From: Acidobacteriota bacterium
Lineage (GTDB): Bacteria; Acidobacteriota; Terriglobia; Terriglobales; Acidobacteriaceae
Assembly: GCA_023265315.1 (NCBI GenBank)
Contig: JAHFUA010000004.1
Location: 2,487-66,486, forward strand
Direction: 5' to 3'
DNA length: 64,000 nt
Both the position numbers and the translations under genes were made by a program. Shown here in pieces: positions 18,002-26,942 of this stretch. The notes beneath the pieces are model-generated. The model was not told the DNA's origin and did no database searches. It was given only the letters and a program-made list of their open reading frames with translations. Numbering within the stretch: the stretch's first letter is position 1; the number at the start of each line of letters is the position of its first letter.

Positions 18002-18904
18002 ATGTCCACTGGCGAAAAATTCGAGCGGGCGGTTTCCATCATGGCACGGCTGCGCGCCCCCGGGGGCTGTCCCTGGGACCGCGAGCAGACCTTCGACTCC
18101 ATCAAGCCCTACACTCTGGAGGAGGCCTACGAAGTTCTGGAGGCCATCGACAACCGCGACTGGGACGAGCTGAAAGGCGAACTCGGCGACCTGCTGCTGC
18201 AGGTTCTGTTCTACGCCGAGATGGCGCAGGAGGACGGCCGCTTCTCTATCGACGACGTGCTGGAGCGGCTCTCCGCCAAGCTGGTCGACCGGCATCCCCA
18301 CGTGTTCGCTGACGTGAAGGCGGAAACCTCCGCCGACGTGCTGCGCAATTGGGAAGCCCTGAAGGCGGAAGAAAAGAAGAGGCGCCTTGAAGCGGGCGGC
18401 GGCAAGACCGCGAAGGAAGAGACCAAGCCCGAGTCGGTGCTGGCGGGCGTTTCGTCGGCGATCCCGGCGCTGCTCGAAACCTACAAGCTCAGTTCACGCG
18501 CGGCGCACGTCGGCTTCGACTGGCCTAACGTCGAAGGACTGTTCGACAAGCTCTCCGAAGAGACCGCCGAACTCAAGTACGAGCTGGAGCACTTCCCTGC
18601 CCCGGGACCGCGTCCGGCGCAGCGTGGCATCGCGGGCGCGCGCACCGGGGCGGTGGTGCCGCCGGAAGAGCTGAAGGCGCGTCTGGAAGACGAGATCGGC
18701 GACATGCTGTTCGTGCTGGTCAACATCGCGCGCTACCTCTCGCTCGATCCCGAATCGGCGCTCAAGAAGACCAACCGCAAGTTCAAGCGCCGCTTCCAGT
18801 GGCTGGAGCAGGAGATCCGCCGCTCCGGCCGGCGCCTGGAAGACGCAACCCTCGACGAAATGGAGGCGCTTTGGCAGCGATCGAAGGCGCAGGACAACAG
18901 GTAA
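18002..18904 (+). CDS. mazG: nucleoside triphosphate pyrophosphohydrolase MazG
   Basis: Tandem MazG domains; motifs CPWDREQT and LEEAYEVLEAID. Confidence 0.88.
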   Translation: MSTGEKFERAVSIMARLRAPGGCPWDREQTFDSIKPYTLEEAYEVLEAIDNRDWDELKGELGDLLLQVLFYAEMAQEDGRFSIDDVLERLSAKLVDRHPHVFADVKAETSADVLRNWEALKAEEKKRRLEAGGGKTAKEETKPESVLAGVSSAIPALLETYKLSSRAAHVGFDWPNVEGLFDKLSEETAELKYELEHFPAPGPRPAQRGIAGARTGAVVPPEELKARLEDEIGDMLFVLVNIARYLSLDPESALKKTNRKFKRRFQWLEQEIRRSGRRLEDATLDEMEALWQRSKAQDNR

Positions 18905-19662
18905 GGGCGGAAGTCGAAGTCCGGCTGTGCCAAGGTCTCGACGAATTGAACGCCTGCGTCGCCGTACAAAAGGAGGTCTGGGATTTTTCCGACTACGACC
19001 TCATCCCGCTGCGGCTGTTCGTGGTGGCGGAGAAGATCGGCGGTCAGGTGATCGGCGCCTTCGACGCCGGCGAACTGGTCGGCTTTGCCATGTCCATTCC
19101 CGGAGCGCGCGACGGCAGGGCGTATCTGCACTCGCACATGCTGGCCGTGCGCGAGAGCTATCGCAACGCCGGCATCGGGCGGCGTCTGAAGCTCTTCCAG
19201 CGCGAAGACGCCCTCGCCCGCAGGTTCGAGCTGATCGAGTGGACCTTCGATCCGCTGGAGATCAAGAACGCCTGGCTCAACATCGAGCGGCTCGGCGCCA
19301 TCGCCCGCCGCTACAACCTCAATCAGTACGGCATCTCTTCCTCGCCGCTGCAAGGCGGCCTGCCCACCGACCGGCTGGTGGCGGAGTGGTGGCTGCGCTC
19401 CGAGCGCGTAGAATCCCTGCTGAAGACCGGCAAGCGTCCGCCGGTAAGAGCGGAGATGAGCATCGCCGTCCCGGCGGAGATTTACACCTGGAAGGCAGTG
19501 CCGCAGCATCGCCCCAAGGCCGAGCAGGTGCAAGCGCGCAACCGCGAGCAGTTTCTAGACGCCTTCTCGCGTGGGCTGGCGGTTTTCGGGTACGAGCGCG
19601 ACGCGATTGGCAATGGGACGTTCTTGCTGGGGAAGTGGGAGGAGGGAGGAGTGAGCCCGTGA
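18799..19662 (+). CDS. GNAT family N-acyltransferase
   Basis: Acyl-CoA-binding-like RNAGIGRRLK. Start uncertain: ATG 18799 overlaps mazG by 106 nt, the conserved-looking core begins near 18910, and there is no canonical start there. Confidence 0.65.
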   Translation: MAGAGDPPLRPAPGRRNPRRNGGALAAIEGAGQQVRAEVEVRLCQGLDELNACVAVQKEVWDFSDYDLIPLRLFVVAEKIGGQVIGAFDAGELVGFAMSIPGARDGRAYLHSHMLAVRESYRNAGIGRRLKLFQREDALARRFELIEWTFDPLEIKNAWLNIERLGAIARRYNLNQYGISSSPLQGGLPTDRLVAEWWLRSERVESLLKTGKRPPVRAEMSIAVPAEIYTWKAVPQHRPKAEQVQARNREQFLDAFSRGLAVFGYERDAIGNGTFLLGKWEEGGVSP

Positions 19663-19670
19663 ACTGGCTT

Positions 19671-19719
19671 GTCCCTCGACTCGCGGCGCAAAAGCGGCGC
19701 CGCTCGCTCGGGATGACAC
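19671..19719. repeat. short family-A hairpin, subfamily 2 (TGTCCCTCGACTCGCG...CGCTCGGGATGACA)
   Basis: 49-bp hairpin between the GNAT and racemase genes. A near-twin lies at 48414-48470. Confidence 0.8.
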
Positions 19720-19734
19720 CCTGGTGATGTCGAT

Positions 19735-20832
19735 ATGAAGGTCGAGGCCATCACCCTCCGCGAAATCCGCATGCCGCTGGTGCACTTCTTCGAGACCAGC
19801 TTTGGGCGCACCACCGAGCGGCGCATCCTGCTGGTCACCGCACACTGCGAAGGCGTCAACGGCTGGGGAGAGTGCACCGCGGGCGAGCATCCTTTCTACA
19901 ACGAAGAATCGGTCGAGACGGCGTGGTACGTGCTCTCGAAGTATCTGGCGCCGGCAGTGCTCGGCCGCTCGCTCGAGAGCGCTCGCGACGCGGCGCCGCT
20001 CATGGCGCAGGTGCGCGAGCACCACATGGCCAAAGCCGCGCTCGAAAACGCGCTCTGGGATGCCGAAGCACGCCAGAAGAATCTCCCCTTGTGCAAGCTG
20101 CTCGGGGGCACGCGTGTCCAGATTCCCTGCGGCGTTTCCATCGGCATCCAGGAAACCGTCGACGCGCTCCTGGAGAAGATCGCCGTCGAGCTTGCGGCCG
20201 GCTATCGCCGCATCAAGATTAAGGTCAAGCCGGGATGGGACCTCGAAGTGCTGGAACGCATCCGCAGCCGCTGGCCTGAAATCATCCTGAGCTGCGACGC
20301 CAACTCCGCCTACACCCTCGACCAGGTGGAGCACCTGCGCAAGTTCGACCAGTTCCGGCTGCTGATGATCGAGCAGCCGCTGTGGTCCGACGACCTATAC
20401 TTCCACGCGCGGCTGCAGAAGCAACTGGCGACCGCGCTTTGTCTCGATGAATCCATCCGCACGGCGCGCGATGCCGACGTGGCGCTCGACCTGGGCGCCT
20501 GCCGCATCATCAACATCAAGCTGGGACGTGTGGGCGGCTTCAGCGAGGCGCGGCGCGTGCACGATGTGTGCCAGGCGCGCAGCATCCCCGTGTGGTGCGG
20601 AGGCATGCTGGAATCGGGCGTGGGCCGCGCCCACAACATTGCTCTATCGACGCTTGCGAACTTCAGCCTGCCGGGCGACGTCTCCGCTTCAAAGCGCTAC
20701 TGGAAGGAAGACATCATCGAGCCGGAAGTGGAGGTCAGCCACGAGGGATTCATTGACGCCGAAGTCCAGTATCGCGTGCGGGAGGATTTGGTGAAGAGGG
20801 TGACGGTGAGGAAGGTGGCTATCGCGGCGTAA
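19735..20832 (+). CDS. enolase-superfamily o-succinylbenzoate synthase / N-acylamino acid racemase
   Basis: 365 aa with KxK (RIKIKVKPG), metal ligands (CDANSAY, MIEQP, CLDES) and a second catalytic Lys (INIKLGRVGG). Confidence 0.85.
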   Translation: MKVEAITLREIRMPLVHFFETSFGRTTERRILLVTAHCEGVNGWGECTAGEHPFYNEESVETAWYVLSKYLAPAVLGRSLESARDAAPLMAQVREHHMAKAALENALWDAEARQKNLPLCKLLGGTRVQIPCGVSIGIQETVDALLEKIAVELAAGYRRIKIKVKPGWDLEVLERIRSRWPEIILSCDANSAYTLDQVEHLRKFDQFRLLMIEQPLWSDDLYFHARLQKQLATALCLDESIRTARDADVALDLGACRIINIKLGRVGGFSEARRVHDVCQARSIPVWCGGMLESGVGRAHNIALSTLANFSLPGDVSASKRYWKEDIIEPEVEVSHEGFIDAEVQYRVREDLVKRVTVRKVAIAA

Positions 20833-20840
20833 TCGGTCGG

Positions 20841-21065
20841 CTAAATCAGCCTAAGCAGATCCTCGACTGACAGTTCGACATCACGAAGGATAGACCGCAG
20901 AAGCCCAGGCCCGATCACTTCGCCCGCGTGTACCGGCACCGTCGTGAATCGGCCATCTGAGTGCTTCATGGAAATGTGACTTCCTCGGGTGCGGACCACG
21001 CGGAAGCCAGTCTTCTCAAGGAGGCGTACGACTTCCTTGCCCTTGAGGCGCGGCAGACGAGTCAT
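20841..21065 (-). CDS. hicA: type II toxin-antitoxin system HicA-family toxin
   Basis: 74 aa, YcfA/HicA-like (LLEKTGFRVVRTRGSHISMKH). ATGA overlap with the upstream hicB. Confidence 0.85.
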   Translation of the reverse strand: MTRLPRLKGKEVVRLLEKTGFRVVRTRGSHISMKHSDGRFTTVPVHAGEVIGPGLLRSILRDVELSVEDLLRLI

Positions 21066-21277
21066 ACCGAGACTTGCTGGATGCCTATCAACTCAAGAGG
21101 TTCGACTTCATACGAACCATTTTCCAGACAAAGCTCGATGACTTCGCGAGTGCGCTTCACGAGCGTGTCAAGACTCCTGGCTTGAGTGTGACAACCGCGT
21201 AAGGCCGGAACCGTGGCGACATAAGTGCCGTCTTCGTCGCGCTCGATCAAAACTGTGAACTTGCGGGGGCGTTTCAC
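21062..21277 (-). CDS. hicB: type II toxin-antitoxin system HicB-family antitoxin
   Basis: 71 aa, HicB/UPF0150-like (FTVLIERDEDGTYVATVPALRGCHTQ). Lacks a long DNA-binding extension. Confidence 0.8.
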   Translation of the reverse strand: MKRPRKFTVLIERDEDGTYVATVPALRGCHTQARSLDTLVKRTREVIELCLENGSYEVEPLELIGIQQVSV

Positions 21278-21296
21278 GAGAGGATTCTAGCACGGC

Positions 21297-22874
21297 CTAG
21301 TGCATGGCCGCAGGCCCGCCCTGGTGCCCGGGACGGCGCATGAGCAGCAGCAGCGGCAGCATGGCGAGAAACACCGCGCCCAGAATCCAGAAGGCGTCGA
21401 TAAACGACAGCATGGCGGCCTGGCGCTCGACCATGCCAAACAGGGCGGCGTAGGCCTGCTGGCCGGCGGTGACGGCGTCGGAGCCGCGGGCGATGAACGC
21501 CTGGCGCATGGCTTCGAACATCTGCCGGCTCTTCAGGTCATAGATGTTCACGTGCCGGCCGAGCACGTTGAAGTGGGTCTGCGACTGCCGCGCCACGATG
21601 GTAGTGACGGAGGCAATGCCGAAGCTGGCCCCGATGTTGCGCATCAGGTTGAAGATGCTGGTGGCGTTGCCCATGCGCGCCTTCTCGATGGGATCGAAGG
21701 TGACTGTGGTCAGGGGCACGAACAGCAGGCCCATGGCGATGCCCTGGATGAACAAAGGCATAAAAACGTCCCAATAGCCGGCGTTCAGGTTGAGGGAAGC
21801 CAGCATGAACAGGCTGATGGAGGAACTGACAATGCCTGCGGCCAGCAGCTTGCGCGGCTCGATCTTCGCCGTCAAGATGCCGACCACAGGCAGGAAGAGG
21901 AACGATCCCAGCCCGCGCGGCAGCATGGCCCAGCCCGCCTCCAGGGCGGGATAACCCATCAGCGTCTGCAGCCAGATGGGAACCAGTACGGTGCTGCCGT
22001 AGAGCACGAATCCCAGCACCGTCATCATGAAGACGCCGATAGCGTAGGTGCGCGCTTTGAAGACGCGCAGGTCCACGATGGGATGTCGCACCAACAGTTC
22101 GCGCACCACGAAGGCCGCCAGGCCGACGAGCGCGACCACTGCCAGCACGCGGATGAAGTCGGAGCTGAACCAGTCATCTTCCTGGCCCTTGTCGAGCATG
22201 ATCTGCAAGGCGCCGATGCCGACGGCGAGGAAACCGATCCCCCACCAGTCCACATAGGATGACTGCCGCCGGATGTAAGGCGGATCGAAGATGAACAGCT
22301 TCGCCATCACCGTGGCGGCGATCCCGACCGGCAAATTGATGTAGAAGACCCAGCGCCAACTGTAGCTGTCGGTGATCCAGCCGCCCAGCACCGGGCCCAG
22401 CATGGGCGCCACCACGATTCCCAGCGCCCAGAACGCCATGGCCTTGCCGCGTCCTTCGGGAGGAAATGCCTCCAGCAGGATGGCCTGGGAGAGCGGCTGC
22501 AGCCCGCCTCCGGTGGCGCCCTGGATGATACGGAAGATGATCAGCGATGCCAGGTTTGGCGCCATCCCGCACAGCACCGACGACAGCGTGAAGCCGGCCA
22601 CCGAGATCATCAGCACGCGCTTGCGTCCGAACTGGTTCGACAGCCAGCCGGTCATGGGCAGGATGATGGCGTTGGCCACCAAGTACGAGGTCAGCACCCA
22701 GGTGGCTTCGTCCACCGTGGAGGACAGGCTGCCGGCGATGTGCGGCAGCGAGACGTTCACCACCGTGGTGTCCAGCACTTCCATGAACGTCCCCAGCATC
22801 ACGGAAATGGCGACGATCCAGGGGCTGATCTCCGGCGCTTCTTCCCCGGCGACGGGATAGCTAGTGGCGGCCAT
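21297..22874 (-). CDS. DHA2-family MFS efflux permease (EmrB/QacA-like)
   Basis: 525 aa, about 14 TM, MFS motif GWLSNQFGRKR. Confidence 0.88.
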   Translation of the reverse strand: MAATSYPVAGEEAPEISPWIVAISVMLGTFMEVLDTTVVNVSLPHIAGSLSSTVDEATWVLTSYLVANAIILPMTGWLSNQFGRKRVLMISVAGFTLSSVLCGMAPNLASLIIFRIIQGATGGGLQPLSQAILLEAFPPEGRGKAMAFWALGIVVAPMLGPVLGGWITDSYSWRWVFYINLPVGIAATVMAKLFIFDPPYIRRQSSYVDWWGIGFLAVGIGALQIMLDKGQEDDWFSSDFIRVLAVVALVGLAAFVVRELLVRHPIVDLRVFKARTYAIGVFMMTVLGFVLYGSTVLVPIWLQTLMGYPALEAGWAMLPRGLGSFLFLPVVGILTAKIEPRKLLAAGIVSSSISLFMLASLNLNAGYWDVFMPLFIQGIAMGLLFVPLTTVTFDPIEKARMGNATSIFNLMRNIGASFGIASVTTIVARQSQTHFNVLGRHVNIYDLKSRQMFEAMRQAFIARGSDAVTAGQQAYAALFGMVERQAAMLSFIDAFWILGAVFLAMLPLLLLMRRPGHQGGPAAMH

Positions 22875-22880
22875 GGTGCG

Positions 22881-24128
22881 TTACTTGGTCAGGACGGTAG
22901 GCACCACGGACATGCCGGGCCGCAGCAGGTGCTGCGGATCCTGTCTTTTGTCGAAGACGATCTTCACCGGCACGCGCTGCACGACTTTGACGTAATTGCC
23001 GGTGGCATTTTCCGGCGGCAGCAGGCTGAAGCGCGCGCCGGTGGCGCCGCCGATGGAGTCCACGTGGCCCCAGTAAGTGTGGCCGTAGGCATCGACTTTA
23101 ACGCTAGCCGGCTGTCCGGGGCGCATGTTCTTCAACTGCGTCTCTTTGAAATTGGCGGTGACCCAGATGTTGTCGAGATCGACGATGCCGAACAGCGGCT
23201 GGCCCGGCTGAATCACCTGTCCGACCTCCACGTTGCGCTGGCTGACCACGCCCGCCACGGGAGCGCGGATGGTGGTGTATTGCAAATTGAGTCGGGCTTG
23301 CTCGACCGCGGCCTTGGCGCGCTGGGCAGCAGCTTCGGCAGCGCCAGCGCGGGAGCGCATCACCGCTACCTGCTGCGGCGCGGTCTGGGCGCTGCGCACG
23401 CCGGCCTCGGCCTGAGCGACGCGGCTCTGGGCGGCGGCCAGGTTGGCGCGCGCGGCCTCCACCGTAGCTTGGGCCGCCTGCTCAGCCGCGACCGCAGCGT
23501 CGTACTGCTGCTGCGAGACCTCGTCCTTCGCGATCAACTGCTGCATGCGGCGCAGGTCGGAAGCCGCCTTCTTGTACCACGCCTCGACATCGGCCACACG
23601 CGCTCGCGCCGCCTGCTCTTCCTTCTGCGCGGTGGCAAGAGCCGCTTGCGCCATGCTCAACTGGCTGCTGGTGCCGGTATGGGTGATGGGAACCGAGGTG
23701 CGCGCGGCCTGGGCGGTCGCCTCCGCGTCGGCAAGATCGGCATGGGCGCGCTCGAACGCCACCTGGTAGTCGGTGGGATCGAGCTCCACCAGCACCGCGC
23801 CTTTCTCCACGTACATGTTATTGTCGAACCGGACTTGGGTGACAGTTCCGGAGACACGCGCGCTTACCGGGTAGATGTAGCCGTCGATCTGGGCGTCGTC
23901 GGTGCTCTCGCGGACCGCGTAGTAGCGCCAGACCCAAACGCCGGCAACGATGACGGCGATCGCCAGCAGCGCCAGCACCCAGCGGGCGCGCGGGTGCTGC
24001 TGAAAGTAGGAGCGGGCGCGCTGCCGTCGCGAGGGCAGCTCTTGGTCGCGCCACTCCTCGCCATGATGCGCGGGCTCTTCTCTCAGCAACGGCTGCTTCT
24101 GAGGCTCGGTCTTGACGGAATCGGCCAC
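22881..24128 (-). CDS. HlyD-family membrane fusion protein (EmrA-like)
   Basis: Single N-terminal TM, long Ala/Gln-rich coiled coil, and a C-terminal barrel typical of HlyD/EmrA. Confidence 0.85.
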   Translation of the reverse strand: MADSVKTEPQKQPLLREEPAHHGEEWRDQELPSRRQRARSYFQQHPRARWVLALLAIAVIVAGVWVWRYYAVRESTDDAQIDGYIYPVSARVSGTVTQVRFDNNMYVEKGAVLVELDPTDYQVAFERAHADLADAEATAQAARTSVPITHTGTSSQLSMAQAALATAQKEEQAARARVADVEAWYKKAASDLRRMQQLIAKDEVSQQQYDAAVAAEQAAQATVEAARANLAAAQSRVAQAEAGVRSAQTAPQQVAVMRSRAGAAEAAAQRAKAAVEQARLNLQYTTIRAPVAGVVSQRNVEVGQVIQPGQPLFGIVDLDNIWVTANFKETQLKNMRPGQPASVKVDAYGHTYWGHVDSIGGATGARFSLLPPENATGNYVKVVQRVPVKIVFDKRQDPQHLLRPGMSVVPTVLTK

Positions 24129-25663
24129 TACTTAGCTCCTCCCAGGTAGCGCTGGGTCGCGGTTTCGGCTACGCCCAGCGCCCGCGCCAGCGACAGCTTG
24201 GCAAGATTAAAGCTATTGAGGCTGGAAATGTAATTCTCGTTGGCCGTGGCCAGGGATTCCTGCGCCTGGACCACGTCGATGTTGTTGGCCACGCCGGCGG
24301 CGAAGCGGTCTTGCGCCTGCCGGAGCTGCTCCTGGGCCAGGCCTATGGTGCTCTGCGCGACCTCGACCAGGTCGGCCGCGGCCTTGAGGTCGAGGAAGGC
24401 GGTGCGCACCTCGAACTCGATGCGGCTGCGCAAGTCTTCCAGCTCGGAGCGGCGCTGCTTCACCAGGGCGTCCGCCTGGAGCACATCGCCGCGTACCTTG
24501 CCCCCCTGAAAAACGGGTATGCGCAACCCGGCGGTGGCGGTGAAGGTCCCATGCGAGCTGCCCGGGGTGATGCCAATGTCGCCGTAATCTGCGTTGATCC
24601 CCAACGCCGGCAAGCGCTCGGCTTCCGCCGCCCGCTTTCCCGCTTCGGCGGCATGCTCGAGGCTGAGCGCCGCCTGGTAGTCGGCGCGGTTCTTGTATGC
24701 CGTCTCCATCGCCTGATCGAAGGTGATCTCGGGCGCGGGCTGGAAGGGCACGGTGTCGGTCAGCTCGAATTGCTGCGCCACCGGCAGCCCGATGACACGC
24801 GCCAGTTGCAGCTTCCACTTATCGAGATCGTTGCTCACGGCGACCAGGCGCTGCTGCTGCGCCTGCATCTCCACCTGCGCCCGCAGCACGTCGATGCCGG
24901 CGATCATGCCGGCGCGCTTCATATCCACGGCCTGGTCATAGAGCGTCTTGGCGGTAGAAAACTGCGCCTGGGCGGCATCGCGGCGGGCCGCGGCGGCCAG
25001 CACCTGCAAGTAGCTGCCGCCGGCCACCAGCACCACCAGCTCCCGCGCGTTGCGGTAATTCCAGGTGGCGGCATCCAGGTTGTGCGATTCCTGGCGAGTG
25101 CGCTCCAGAGCGTGGAAGTCGAGTAGCGGCGCGGTGAGAAAGGCGCGCACATCGAAGACGCTGAATGGACCGACGATGGGGTTGAGGCCGGGGAAGGTGC
25201 TGGGCTTGAGCCCAAGCGCAGCCAGGTTGATCTGCTGCGCGCTTTCCGAGGTGCGGGTGGTGAGGTTGGGCAGCAGTTCGCTGAGCGCCTTCCAGCGAGC
25301 GCCACGCGCGGCTTCCGCCTGGTCAAGGGAGAGCAGCAGTCCGAGGTTGTAGCGCAAGCCGCGCTGGATGGCGTCCAGCAGCGACAGCTTCAGCACGCCG
25401 GGCGTGGGCGCTCCCGAGGGCACGCCTCCCAAAAACGGGTTCTGCTGGCCGGTCGCGGAAGACAATGGCGGCGCGCTGGTGCCCGTCTGCACTTGCGGGA
25501 GGGGAGCGGTGAATCCTGTGCCTTGCGCTAGGGCGCAGGCGGAGAGCAGTAGGCTGGCGACGAAGAGCAAGCATCTCCACGTCGCCGATCGCACCCAGGG
25601 TTGACTTGCGAACACAGGGTTTGGAAGCGTGCGAGTTGAAAGATGGCACACAGGTTTGCTCAA
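24128..25663 (-). CDS. TolC-family outer membrane efflux protein
   Basis: 511 aa with a duplicated OEP repeat architecture. Overlaps the next gene by 1 nt. The exact start is uncertain. Confidence 0.85.
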   Translation of the reverse strand: MSKPVCHLSTRTLPNPVFASQPWVRSATWRCLLFVASLLLSACALAQGTGFTAPLPQVQTGTSAPPLSSATGQQNPFLGGVPSGAPTPGVLKLSLLDAIQRGLRYNLGLLLSLDQAEAARGARWKALSELLPNLTTRTSESAQQINLAALGLKPSTFPGLNPIVGPFSVFDVRAFLTAPLLDFHALERTRQESHNLDAATWNYRNARELVVLVAGGSYLQVLAAAARRDAAQAQFSTAKTLYDQAVDMKRAGMIAGIDVLRAQVEMQAQQQRLVAVSNDLDKWKLQLARVIGLPVAQQFELTDTVPFQPAPEITFDQAMETAYKNRADYQAALSLEHAAEAGKRAAEAERLPALGINADYGDIGITPGSSHGTFTATAGLRIPVFQGGKVRGDVLQADALVKQRRSELEDLRSRIEFEVRTAFLDLKAAADLVEVAQSTIGLAQEQLRQAQDRFAAGVANNIDVVQAQESLATANENYISSLNSFNLAKLSLARALGVAETATQRYLGGAK

Positions 25664-25664
25664 G

Positions 25665-26036
25665 CTACGCCAACTTCTGCTGGCGCAGGTAGGCGTCCTG
25701 CTTCTGCTCCCAGTCGCGGCGCGGAGGCGTAAAGACGTCGATCACCAGCGTATCTTCCAGGGCTTCCGCGCTGTGCGGCAGGTGGGGCGGAATAGAGACT
25801 GTCTCCCCCGGGCGCACGATCACGTCGTGCCCGCTGAAACTCAACTTCAACGCACCCTGGAACACCGACGTCACCTGCTCGTTGTAGTGATGGTGCTCGG
25901 GGATGAAGCATCCCTTCTTGAGCTCGAAGCGGCCGATGGTGAGCTGGGGTGTGGAGAAGAATTGCCGCTGGAGCAAGGGCGTGAGCTGCTCGCGTTCGAT
26001 GTGATCCCAGGGTACGGACTTCGGCGCTGCTGCCAC
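25665..26036 (-). CDS. cupin domain-containing protein
   Basis: 123 aa with cupin motif 1 (GCFIPEHHHYNEQVTSVFQG) and motif 2 (GETVSIPPHLPH). First gene of the efflux operon. Confidence 0.75.
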   Translation of the reverse strand: MAAAPKSVPWDHIEREQLTPLLQRQFFSTPQLTIGRFELKKGCFIPEHHHYNEQVTSVFQGALKLSFSGHDVIVRPGETVSIPPHLPHSAEALEDTLVIDVFTPPRRDWEQKQDAYLRQQKLA

Positions 26037-26173
26037 AGAACACCTCCGGCTACGCGTGACAGTTTACCGCTTTCCTGGCGCGCATCGCATCCAGGGGAAG
26101 ACGAGCGAGCGTGGTTGTCTACGCCAATATTTCGGTGCGTACCCACATCTACCCGCCTGATGCAGCTTTAGCC

Positions 26174-26201
26174 TTGCAAAACCGCTCAGGCGCACTACAA
26201 T
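26174..26201 (+). promoter_or_regulatory. sigma70-like promoter candidate TTGCAA-16 nt-TACAAT
   Basis: Hexamers read directly, about 70 nt upstream of ATG 26271. Confidence 0.4.
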
Positions 26202-26270
26202 TTGCGCGATTCAGAGCAGCAGAAGGAGATTCCTGTGGATACTTCGTCGCGCCTGAAGGAGGGGCGAAGT

Positions 26271-26921
26271 ATGAATGAGGATTCTAAGTTCGTCGGCGGC
26301 CGTGCAATGCGGGAACCGAATCTGCTCATGCATCTGCCGGCGATTGCACTGTGCGTGTTATTGATCGCGGGTTGCAGCCGCAAGGAGCCCGCTGGAACGG
26401 AAAAGACGGATCAGGCGCCGGCGGCTGCCGCGCCAGCCCCGCCGCCGGTGCCACCGAGCACGTCGCTCGGAGTGCTGGCCAGCACGCGGCGAGCTGAAAC
26501 CGCCGAGCTGCAATTCGTCTGCATGGGAAACAGCAAGGACTCCGCCTCAACCTTCCGGCTCAGCCCGGGGGTGAAGCCCGACCGCACATCGGTGGAATTC
26601 ATGAAAATGCTCTACCGCTACAATGGTATTTGCCTGTCAAAAGAAAAACCCAAGAAGGGAAACGTCTACGCGGTTCTGTCGTTTGAGGGCGAAGGGACGC
26701 GGAAACTGTCGACCAACAATTATGCCGCCACCCCCTCGAGGTATATCGGAATCACCGACGAGGCGTCCTGGCTGACCGACGCACAGGGCAAGATCTACAA
26801 GCCAGGGTTCCTGGCAGGACCGCCGTCGAAAAAGGCCAGACAACTTGCCTTTGAAATACCTGCCGATGCCAGCGGACTGACGTGGCATGACAAGGACACG
26901 GCATTTCCGTTGAAGCCCTAG
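26271..26921 (+). CDS. lipoprotein, function unknown
   Basis: ATG 26271 lies 8 nt after AAGGAGG. Lipobox LLIAGC and a Pro/Ala-rich linker. ATG 26307 or 26328 are alternative starts. Confidence 0.6.
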   Translation: MNEDSKFVGGRAMREPNLLMHLPAIALCVLLIAGCSRKEPAGTEKTDQAPAAAAPAPPPVPPSTSLGVLASTRRAETAELQFVCMGNSKDSASTFRLSPGVKPDRTSVEFMKMLYRYNGICLSKEKPKKGNVYAVLSFEGEGTRKLSTNNYAATPSRYIGITDEASWLTDAQGKIYKPGFLAGPPSKKARQLAFEIPADASGLTWHDKDTAFPLKP

Positions 26922-26942
26922 GTAGCTGCGTCCCACCGATTG

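Noticed and set aside
20833-26036. Genomic island or prophage around hicBA and the efflux operon
   Set aside because: There is no integrase, tRNA, direct-repeat boundary or phage gene. Only the 0.45-kb hicBA module looks compositionally distinct.
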